50,971 bases of DNA from Macrostomum lignano (lineage: Eukaryota). A program made the position numbers and the translations under genes. The notes below the pieces were generated by a model that saw only the letters and a program-made list of their open reading frames with translations, was not told where the DNA came from and ran no database searches. The stretch is taken from contig NIVC01003626.1 of assembly GCA_002269645.1 (NCBI GenBank), forward strand, positions 35,889-86,859. Reading direction: 5' to 3'. Within the stretch, counting starts at the first letter, position 1. Every line of letters starts with the position of its first letter. Positions 35,983 through 50,971 of the stretch are shown here, piece by piece.

Positions 35983-36697
35983 AAAATTAGACGCGAAAGC
36001 AGAACAGAAAATGAGCCAGAGCTGATCCTGAATGAAATATAATAGCTGTATTCCGGAGGAGTCACAGGCCCATGACCCGTGTCCCATCCCCGGGAACAAA
36101 AGGTCCATACTTGCCACCCCACTTTGCTCCAATGATTCACACACGGGCGCAGAATGGAATTTGCTGATCAAGTCAAACACCTCCCAAAAGTCCCAGAAAA
36201 GAAGAAATAGAAATGTACTTTTCCAAAAAAATACTTTGGCAGACGGGCAGGTAGATTTTGGGGTTGGCCGTATTGGGATTAAAATGAATAGGGAAAAATG
36301 CAAAATGGTTCAATTAATATTAGCTGTTCGTCAATTTGCACAGCGGCTTCTGGTGCCAGCCCAACGCCCCATCAGGCACGAGTTTGCCAGGCAGTTGCTA
36401 GGTAGCTGCATTGGCAATTCGAAAAGCACTGACTAACTAGAAATTTCCAAAGCCGTGCTGATGAGGCTGCAGCTCTTACTCATATTTATAAAAAGATACG
36501 TGAGCCCGCATCGCGGTAAATACCCTGCTTCAGTCTCTCCACCTCACTGCCCTGTTAAATTAGCTGGGTTGCCATGGGACCCAACCACTATTTTTCGGAG
36601 TCTAAAGCTAAATGGCTTGCATTGCATCTCTCATTCGTTTTGCCGTTTGTCCAACTTATTGGTTAAACTGTGACGGCCTCTTGCAATTCACTACCTT

Positions 36698-37770
36698 TGC
36701 CTCTCCTCTCTCTCTTCTCCTGTCTCTCCTCTCCCTTCTCTCCTCTCCTGTTTCTCCTCTCCTGTCTCTCCTCTCTTGTCTATCCTCTCCTCTCTCCTCT
36801 CCGCTCCTGTCCTGTCCTCTCCTGTCTCTCATTTCCTCTCCTGTCTCACCTCTCCTGTCTCTCATCTCCTCTCTCTCCTCTCTTGTCTATCCTCTCCTCT
36901 CCTCTCCTCTCCTCTCCTGTCTCTCCTCTCCTGTCTCTCATCTCCTGTCTCTCCTCTCCTGTCTCTCCTCTCCTGTCTCTCCTCTCCTGTCCTCTCCTCT
37001 CCTGTCTCTCATCTCCTCTCCTGTCTCTCCTCTCCTGTCTCTCCTCTCCTATCACTCCTCTCTTGTCTATCCTCTCCTCTCTCCTCTCCGCTCCTGTCCT
37101 GTCCTCTCCTGTCTCTCATCTCCTCTCTCTCCTCTCTTGTCTATCCTATCCTCTCCTCTCCTCTCCTCTCCTCTCCTGTCTCTCCTCTCCTGTCTCTCCT
37201 CTCCTGTCTCTCCTCTCCTGTCTCTCATCTCCTGTCTCTCCTCTCCTGTCTCTCCACTCCTGTCTCTCCTATCCTGTCTCTCCTCTCCTGTCCTCTCCTC
37301 TCCTGTCTCTCATCTCCTCTCCTGTCTCTCCTCTCCTGTCTCTCCTCTCTTGTCTATCCTCTCCTCTCTCCTCTCCTCTCCGCTCCTGTCCTCTATTGTC
37401 CTCTCCTCTCCTGTCTCTCATCTCCTCTCCTGTCTCACCTCTCCTGTCTCTCATCTCCTCTCTCTCCTCTCCTGTCTCTCATCTCCTCTCCTGTCTCTCA
37501 TCTCCTCTCTCTCCTCTCCTGTCTCTCATCTCCTCTCCTGTCTCACCTCTCCTGTCTCTCATCTCCTCTCTCTCCTCTCCTGTCTCTCCTCTTCTCTCTC
37601 TCTTCTCTCTCATTTCCCATTTCTTGTCTCTCTCCTCTCCTCTAGTATCTCTCAACATCCTCTCTCTTCTCCCCTTGTTCTGTCTCCTCTCACCCTTCTC
37701 TGCTTCTCTCCCATTGTTTCTCATCTCCCTTTCCCTCTCCTTCGCTCTCCCTCCAGACTTTCTACTCTAC
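36698..37770. repeat. CT-rich degenerate repeat (CTCCTGTCTCTCCT-like), K2P intron 1
   Basis: Read directly. Confidence 0.92.
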
Positions 37771-37888
37771 CTCTGACTTACTGACTCTGATCTCAATCAC
37801 CCCTCCGTCTCAACCGTTCCAAGCATTCAGCTTTGAAATCACGTCATTCACGCTACGAGGATCCCACAGAGAACAACAGATTACCAAC

Positions 37889-38161
37889 CGGCAATATCCC
37901 GCAGCAGCTGCACCATCTGGCGCTCCCTCTGCAGCTCCGCCTGACGTTCCAACGCCGAGAAAACGGCGGCCCCGAAGCCGAGGTAGAGGAACAGAACCAG
38001 CACCAGCAGCAACTGCCTGGAGCAGCTGTTCGCCGCTGGGAATTTCAGCCGCCTGGGGTGGCAGCCTTGAGTCAGGCGAGTCAGCGGACTGACTGCGACA
38101 GGCTGCTCCAGCTCGGGAATCGAGCGGCTCGGCTCGTCCTCTGAGGTCCTAGCAACCGCAT
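37889..38161 (-). CDS. K2P channel exon 1: M1 helix and cap; start codon unresolved
   Basis: RQLLLVLVLFLYLGFGAAVFSALERQAELQRERQMVQLLRDIA is a typical K2P M1 (YL..GA.VF..LE). No in-frame ATG before an upstream TAG; ATGs at 38161/38203 are one base out of frame. Confidence 0.65.
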
Positions 38162-38224
38162 GGCTTTGTTGGCGAGGGTATAGATGCTAATGAATTCCAG
38201 CATGTCAAATATCCAGGCGCGATA

Positions 38225-41200
38225 TTTGGTGACAGGGGGGATTTGGTGACACGGGAGGATTGGTGACAGAGGAGAATTGGTGAAAGAGGAGAATTGGTGA
38301 CAGGGGAGAATTGGTGACAGGGGAGAATTGGTGACAGAGGAGAATTGGTGACAGGGGAGAATTGGTGACAGAGGAGAATTGGTGACAGGGGAGAATTGGT
38401 GACAGAGGAGAATTGGTGAAAGAGGAGAATTGGTGACAGGGGAGAATTGGTGACAGGGGAGAATTGGTGACAGGGGAGAATTGGTAACAGAGGAGAATTG
38501 GTGAAAGAGGAGAATTGGTGACAGGGGAGAATTGGTGACAGGGGAGAATTGGTGACAGGGGGAATTGGTGACAGGGGAGAATTGGTAACAGAGGAGAATT
38601 GGTGACAGAGGAGAATTGGTGACAGAGGAGAATTGGTGACAGGGGAGAATTGGTGACAGGGGGAATTGGTGACAGGGGAGAATTGGTAACAGAGGAGAAT
38701 TGGTGACAGGGGAGAATTGGTGACAGGGGAGAATTGATGACAGGGGAGAATTGGTGACAGGGGAGAATTGGTGACAGGGGAGAATTGGTGAAAGAGGAGA
38801 ATTGGTGACAGAGGAGAATTGGTGACAGGGGAGAATTGGTGACAGAGGAGAATTGGTGACAGGGGAGAATTGGTGACACAGGAGAATTGGTGAAAGAGGA
38901 GAATTGGTGACAGAGGAGAATTGGTGACAGGGGAGAATTGGTAACAGAGGAGAATTGGTGACAGGGGAGAATTGGTGACAGGGGGAATTGCTGACAGGGG
39001 GAATTGGTGACAGGGGAGAATTGGTGACAGAGGAGAATTGGTGAAAGAGGAGAATTGGTGACAGGGGAGAATTGGTGACAGGGGAGAATTGGTAACAGAG
39101 GAGAATTGGTGACAGGGGAGAATTGGTGAAAGAGGAGAATTGGTGACAGGGGAGAATTGGTGACAGGGGAGAATTGGTGACAGAGGAGAATTGTTGAAAG
39201 AGGAGAATTGGTGACAGGGGAGAATTGGTGACAGGGGAGAATTGGTGACAGAGGAGAATTAGTGAAAGAGGAGAATTGGTGACAGGGGAGAATTGGTGAC
39301 AGGGGAGAATTGGTGACAGGGGAGAATTGGTAACAGAGGAGAATTGGTGACAGGGGAGAATTGGTGACAGGGGGAATTGCTGACAGGGGGAATTGGTGAC
39401 AGGGGAGAATTGGTGACAGAGGAGAATTGGTGAAAGAGGAGAATTGGTGACAGGGGAGAATTGGTGACAGGGGAGAATTGGTAACAGAGGAGAATTGGTG
39501 ACAGGGGAGAATTGGTGAAAGAGGAGAATTGGTGACAGTGAGAATTGGTGACAGGGGAGAATTGGTGACAGAGGAGAATTGGTGAAAGAGGAGAATTGGT
39601 GACAGGGGAGAATTGGTGACAGGGGAGAATTGGTGACAGAGGAGAATTGGTGACAGGGGAAAATTGGTGACAGGGGAGAATTGGTGACAGGGGAGAATTG
39701 GTGACAGGGGAGAATTGGTGACAGGGGAGAATTGGTGACAGGGGAAAATTGGTGACAGGGGAGAATTGGTGACAGGGGAGAATTGGTAACAGAGGAGAAT
39801 TGGTGACAGGGGAGAATTGGTGACAGGGGAGAATTGGTAACAGAGGAGAATTGGTGACAGGGGAGAATTGGTGACAGGGGAGAATTGGTAACAGAGGAGA
39901 ATTTTTGAAAGAGGAGAATTGGTGACAGGGGAGAATTGGTGACAGGGGAGAATTGGTGACAGAGGAGAATTGGTGAAAGAGGAGAATTGGTGACAGGGGA
40001 GAATTGGTGACAGGGGAGAATTGGTGACAGGGGAGAATTGGTAACAGAGGAGAATTGGTGACAGGGGAGAATTGGTGACAGGGGGAATTGCTGACAGGGG
40101 GAATTGGTGACAGGGGAGAATTGGTGACAGAGGAGAATTGGTGAAAGAGGAGAATTGGTGACAGGGGAGAATTGGTGACAGGGGAGAATTGGTAACAGAG
40201 GAGAATTGGTGACAGGGGAGAATTGGTGAAAGAGGAGAATTGGTGACAGGGGAGAATTGGTGACAGAGGAGAATTGTTGAAAGAGGAGAATTGGTGACAG
40301 GGGAGAATTGGTGACAGGGGAGAATTGGTGACAGAGGAGAATTGGTGACAGGGGAGAATTGGTGACAGAGGAGAATTGGTGACAGAGGAGAATTGGTGAC
40401 AGGGGAGAATTGGTGACAGAGGAGAATTGTTGAAAGAGGAGAATTGGTGACAGGGGAGAATTGGTGACAGGGGAGAATTGGTGACAGAGGAGAATTGGTG
40501 ACAGGGGAAAATTGGTGACAGGGGAGAATTGGTGACAGGGGAGAATTGGTGACAGGGGAGAATTGGTGACAGGGGAGAATTGGTGACAGGGGAAAATTGG
40601 TGACAGGGGAGAATTGGTGACAGGGGAGAATTGGTAACAGAGGAGAATTGGTGACAGGGGAGAATTGGTGACAGGGGAGAATTGGTAACAGAGGAGAATT
40701 GGTGACAGAGGAGAATTGGTGACAGGGGAGAATTGGTGACAGGGAGAATTGGTGACAGGGAGAATTGGTGACAGGGGAGAATTGGTGACAGGGGAATTGG
40801 TGACAGGGGAGAATTGGTAACAGAGGAGAATTGGTGACAGGGGAGAATTGGTGACAGGGGAGAATTGATGACAGGGGAGAATTGGTGACAGGGGAGAATT
40901 GGTGACAGGGGAGAATTGGTGAAAGAGGAGAATTGGTGACAGAGGAGAATTGGTGACAGGGGAGAATTGGTGACAGAGGAGAATTGGTGACAGGGGAGAA
41001 TTGGTGACACAGGAGAATTGGTGAAAGAGGAGAATTGGTGACAGAGGAGAATTGGTGACAGGGGAGAATTGGTAACAGAGGAGAATTGGTGACAGGGGAG
41101 AATTGGTGACAGGGGAATTGCTGACAGGGGGAATTGGTGACAGGGGAGAATTGGTGACAGAGGAGAATTGGTGAAAGAGGATAATTGGTGACAGGGGAGA

Positions 41201-43010
41201 ATTGGTGACAGGGGAGAATTGGTAACAGAGGAGAATTGGTGACAGGGGAGAATTGGTGAAAGAGGAGAATTGGTGACAGGGGAGAATTGGTGACAGGGGA
41301 GAATTGGTGACAGAGGAGAATTGTTGAAAGAGGAGAATTGGTGACAGGGGAGAATTGGTGACAGGGGAGAATTGGTGACAGAGGAGAATTAGTGAAAGAG
41401 GAGAATTGGTGACAGGGGAGAATTGGTGACAGGGGAGAATTGGTGACAGGGGAGAATTGGTAACAGAGGAGAATTGGTGACAGGGGAGAATTGGTGACAG
41501 GGGGAATTGCTGACAGGGGGAATTGGTGACAGGGGAGAATTGGTGACAGAGGAGAATTGGTGAAAGAGGAGAATTGGTGACAGGGGAGAATTGGTGACAG
41601 GGAGAATTGGTAACAGAGGAGAATTGGTGACAGGGGAGAATTGGTGAAAGAGGAGAATTGGTGACAGTGAGAATTGGTGACAGGGGAGAATTGGTGACAG
41701 AGGAGAATTGGTGAAAGAGGAGAATTGGTGACAGGGGAGAATTGGTGACAGGGGAGAATTGGTGACAGAGGAGAATTGGTGACAGGGGAAAATTGGTGAC
41801 AGGGGAGAATTGGTGACAGGGGAGAATTGGTGACAGGGGAGAATTGGTGACAGGGGAGAATTGGTGACAGGGGAAAATTGGTGACAGGGGAGAATTGGTG
41901 ACAGGGGAGAATTGGTAACAGAGGAGAATTGGTGACAGGGGAGAATTGGTGACAGGGGAGAATTGGTAACAGAGGAGAATTGGTGACAGGGGAGAATTGG
42001 TGACAGGGGAGAATTGGTAACAGAGGAGAATTTTTGAAAGAGGAGAATTGGTGACAGGGGAGAATTGGTGACAGGGGAGAATTGGTGACAGAGGAGAATT
42101 GGTGAAAGAGGAGAATTGGTGACAGGGGAGAATTGGTGACAGGGGAGAATTGGTGACAGGGGAGAATTGGTAACAGAGGAGAATTGGTGACAGGGGAGAA
42201 TTGGTGACAGGGGGATTGCTGACAGGGGGAATTGGTGACAGGGGAGAATTGGTGACAGAGGAGAATTGGTGAAAGAGGAGAATTGGTGACAGGGGAGAAT
42301 TGGTGACAGGGGAGAATTGGTAACAGAGGAGAATTGGTGACAGGGGAGAATTGGTGAAAGAGGAGAATTGGTGACAGGGGAGAATTGGTGACAGAGGAGA
42401 ATTGTTGAAAGAGGAGAATTGGTGACAGGGGAGAATTGGTGACAGGGGAGAATTGGTGACAGAGGAGAATTGGTGACAGGGGAGAATTGGTGACAGAGGA
42501 GAATTGGTGACAGAGGAGAATTGGTGACAGGGGAGAATTGGTGACAGAGGAGAATTGTTGAAAGAGGAGAATTGGTGACAGGGGAGAATTGGTGACAGGG
42601 GAGAATTGGTGACAGAGGAGAATTGGTGACAGGGGAAAATTGGTGACAGGGGAGAATTGGTGACAGGGGAGAATTGGTGACAGGGGAGAATTGGTGACAG
42701 GGGAGAATTGGTGACAGGGGAAAATTGGTGACAGGGGAGAATTGGTGACAGGGGAGAATTGGTAACAGAGGAGAATTGGTGACAGGGGAGAATTGGTGAC
42801 AGGGGAGAATTGGTAACAGAGGAGAATTGGTGACAGAGGAGAATTGGTGACAGGGGAGAATTGGTGACAGGGGAGAATTGGTGACAGAGGAGAATTGGTG
42901 ACACGGGAGAATTGGTGACAGGGAGAATTGGTGACAGGGGAGAATTGGTGACAGGGGAGAATTGATGACAGAGGAGAATTGGTGACACGGGAGAATTGGT
43001 GACAGGGGAG
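38225..43010. repeat. 17-bp minisatellite (GGTGACAGGGGAGAATT and variants), about 280 copies
   Basis: Read directly; source of the 1635-aa spurious ORF. Confidence 0.97.
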
Positions 43011-43489
43011 AAGGGAGAAGAACTCTGGGAAATGGCGTAAAATCAGCGTAAGATCAGAGAATTACATGTAGGGGGAAAGCAACGCAGATTGAGTGAGGAG
43101 GACTTAGGAGAACTACTACATCAGAGCCGACCACATGACAATGAAGATTGACAATAGATTGTATTATTATTAGCCACTATGTTAGCATATTTATCAATTG
43201 CTGCATGCTAAACAGCCCAATTATGTACGCAAATATGGTGCTGATTCTTTTCCGCATTGCAGCCCAAATGATCCCAGCAGCTGGCGGGAACTGTGCACAC
43301 GCAGACGGCTCAAATTGTTGGCATTGGCTCTTCCGCAATGGTCAGATGGGATTTTTATACGTTATGCTACAAGCCGGAAGCGTCAATAGCGTTTGATTGA
43401 CAGATTTCTGGCATTGATGAGACTGAAGCAAAAATGATGGGGGATCTGAGAATACGGGGGAGATTAAAGTTAATAATGAGAAGCGAATA

Positions 43490-44470
43490 GAATGAGATTG
43501 AGAAAGGACAATCCAGGGAAATTGGGAAGGGGAATAGAAGAGGGAGATTGAGAAGGGAGAATACAGGAGGGCAGATTGGGAAGGGGAATACAGGAGGGGA
43601 GATTGGGAAGGGAGAATACAGGAGAGGAGATTGGGAAGGGAGAATACAGAAGGGGAGATTGAGAAGGGGGAATACAGGAGGGGAGATTGGGAAGGGAGAA
43701 TATTGCAGGGGAGATTGAGAAGGGGGAATACAGGAGGGGAGATTGGGTAGGGGAATACAGGAGGGGAGATTAAGAAGGGGAGAATGGGAAGGGAGAATAT
43801 TGCAGGGGAGATTGAGAAGGGAGAATACAGGAGGGGAGATTGGGAAGGGGAATACAGGAAGGGAGATTGGGAAGGGAAATACAGGAGGGGAGATTGAGAA
43901 GGGAGAATACAGGAGGGGCGATTGAGAAGGGGAATACAGGAGGGGAGATTGAGAAGGGGGAATACAGGAGGGGAGATTGGGAAGGGAGAATACAGAAGGG
44001 GAGATTGAGAAGGGAGAATACAGGAGGGGAGATTGGGAAGGGGAATACAGGAGGGGAGATTGAGAAGGGGGAATACAGGAGGGGAGATTGGGAAGGGGGA
44101 ATAATGGGAGATTGGGAAGGGAGAATACAGAAGGGGAGATTGAGAAGGGGGAATACAGGAGGGGAGATTGGGAAGGGGAATACAGGAGGGGAGATTGAGA
44201 AGGGGGAATACAGGAGGGGAGATTGGGAAGGGGGAATACAGGGAGATTGGGAAGGGAGAATACAGAAGGGGAGATTGAGAAGGGGAATACAGGAGGGGAG
44301 ATTGGGAAGGGGGAATACAGGGAGATTGGGAAGGGAGAATACAGGGAGATTGGGAAGGGAGAATACAGAAGGGGAGATTGAGAAGGGGGAATACAGGAGG
44401 GGAGATTGGGAAGGGGGAATACAGGGAGATTGGGAAGGGAGAATACAGGGAGATTGGGAAGGGAGAATAC
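43490..44470. repeat. G/A-rich minisatellite (GGGGAGATTGGGAAGGGAGAATACAGGA-like), left of the retrotransposon
   Basis: Read directly; interrupted at 44471. Confidence 0.93.
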
Positions 44471-44901
44471 TTCCTCTTGGTCTGCTGGTGGGGGACGGAT
44501 CCCCCCTGCTGCTTTTTTGCGGGGCAGGTGGCTGCTAAGTAGTTGGCTGCTGGCTAAGCGCCAACTACCCATCGACAGCCCTTAGTTGCAACTGGTACCA
44601 CACGGGTTCTCGAGGGCCGCTCTTGTGGGGGAGGGCTCGGGCGTCGGCTGTCAACTCGACCTGGCGCCTGTGTCCCAAGCCCGCAGCCGGCCTCCCGCCC
44701 CCTGATCTTGCAGAGTGTGGACCGGGGGCCTGCCGGAGCCTCGCCTGGGAGCAATCCTGGGATAAGACGGCAACCCAAAGCTTCTCTGCTGTTTACCGTG
44801 GCAGAGGGTAGCTCCACGGAGCTGGCTGGGGGTATATCCAGTCCCCGAGCGGTTACCCCCTCTTTTCTACATTTCAGTTTTTCCATTTCAGCCTACTCTG
44901 C

Positions 44902-49637
<4,736 letters not shown>

Positions 49638-49727
49638 TCCTTGTGCTCTTTTACCTTGGGGTTGCGATAGGGGCCTCGCGGCCTATTCGCGGCGCCTGCG
49701 CCCCCCGTCAGTAGTAGTAGTAGTAGT

Positions 49728-50971
49728 AAGGGAGAATACAGAAGGGGAGATTGAGAAGGGGGAATACAGGGAGATTGGGAAGGGAGAATACAGGAGGGGA
49801 GATTGGGAAGGGAGAATACAGAAGGGGAGATTGAGAAGGGAGAATACAGGAGGGGAGATCGGGAAGGGAGAATACAGAAGGGGAGATTGAGAAGGGAGAA
49901 TACAGAAGGGGAGATTGAGAAGGGGGAATACAGGAGGGGAGATTGGGAAGGGGGAATACAGGAGGGGAGATTGGGAAGGGAGAATACAGGAGGGGAGATT
50001 GAGAAGGGGAATACAGGAGGGGAGATTGGGTAGGGGGAATACAGGAGGGGAGATTAAGAAGGGGAGAATGGGAAGGGAGAATATTGCAGGGGAGATTGAG
50101 AAGGGAGAATACAGGAGGGGAGATTGGGAAGGGGAATACAGAAGGGGAGATTGGGAAGGGAATACAGGAGAGGAGATTGGGAAGGGAGAATACAGAAGGG
50201 GAGATTGAGAAGGGGAATACAGGAGGGGAGATTGGGAAGGGAGAATATTGCAGGGGAGATTGAGAAGGGGAATACAGGAGGGGAGATTGGGTAGGGGGAA
50301 TACAGGAGGGGAGATTAAGAAGGGGAGAATGGGAAGGGAGAATATTGAGGGGAGATTGAGAAGGGAGAATACAGGAGGGGAGATTGAAGGGGGAATACAG
50401 GAGGGAGATTGTGAAGGGAATACAGGAGGGAGATTGGAAGGGAGAATAAATGGGAGATTGAGAAGGGAGAATACAGGAGGGAGATTGAGAAGGGGGAATA
50501 CAGGAGGGAGATTGGGAAGGGGGAATAAGGGAGATTGGGAAGGGAGAATACAGAAGGGGAGATTGAGAAGGGGGGAATACAGGAGGGGAGATTGGGAAGG
50601 GGGAATACAGGGAGGGGAGATTGAGAAGGGGAATACAGAGGGGGAGATTGGGAAGGGGAATACAGGGAGATTGGGAGGAATACAGAAGGGGAGATGAGAA
50701 GGGGGAATACAGGAGGGGAGATTGGGAAGGGGGAATACAGGGAGATTGGAAGGAGAATACAGAAGGGGAGATTGAGAAGGGGGAATACAGGAGGGGAGAT
50801 TGGGAATACAGGGAATACAGGGAGATTGGGAAGGGAGAATACAGAAGGGGAGATTGAGAAGGGGGATACAGAGGGAGATTGAAGGGGGAATACAAGGGAG
50901 ATTGGAAGGGAGAATACAGGGAGATTGGGAAGGGAGAATACAGAAGGGGAGATTGAGAAGGGGAATACAGG
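49728..50971. repeat. Continuation of the G/A-rich minisatellite right of the retrotransposon, to the window end
   Basis: Same unit as 43490-44470. Confidence 0.93.

Noticed and set aside
34328-35990. IVSPVRQR-repeat ORFs resembling a phospho-repeat protein
   Set aside because: 24-bp intronic array; both strands are open and there is no codon-position bias in the variants.
38081-42988. 1635-aa minus-strand ORF apparently leading into the K2P exon
   Set aside because: Product of the 17-bp array; only its last ~40 codons are unique sequence, and they are not in the channel frame.
43148-43396. Unique island between two arrays as a candidate first exon of K2P or a LINE fragment
   Set aside because: No convincing ATG-plus-donor on the minus strand and no diagnostic motif.
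44471-44900. HDV-like ribozyme at the retroelement 5' end (known in some non-LTR elements)
   Set aside because: CCTCG and GCTAA motifs are present, but I could not assemble P1/P2/P3/P1.1 in the required order; needs a covariance search.

Overview
This is a eukaryotic (metazoan) window. GC-rich exons, GT-AG introns and introns packed with minisatellites suggest a repeat-rich invertebrate such as the flatworm Macrostomum; that is inference from sequence style only. Summing my array boundaries, about 25 kb (roughly half the window) is tandem repeat, and almost all long ORFs in the supplied track are repeat artefacts. Content reconstructed by hand from splice sites and protein motifs: (1) the last two exons of an hnRNP L-like gene (+); (2) a complete 3-exon ECH1-like dienoyl-CoA isomerase (+) with an N-terminal transit-like peptide and C-terminal AKL; (3) tRNA-Ser(GCT) (-); (4) a complete 5-exon PTEN (-, 23006..8013, 454 aa, HCKAGKGR intact) with unrelated minisatellites in every intron; (5) a 2-exon secreted fibrinogen-related gene (-) whose repeat-filled intron is in frame and stop-free; (6) a 3-exon two-pore-domain K+ channel (-); (7) a family of foldback/MITE-like elements; (8) an apparently full-length 5.26-kb non-LTR retrotransposon (APE-RT-RNase H, LOA/R1-like) inserted in a G-rich minisatellite, with a 12-bp TSD-compatible junction, an (AGT)6 tail, TAATG ORF1/ORF2 coupling and five frameshifts, each a single missing C in a C run. 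I found no unambiguous new biological system. The best leads are the possibly minisatellite-targeting retroelement, the frame-preserving repeat intron in the fibrinogen-related gene, and the modular foldback family.
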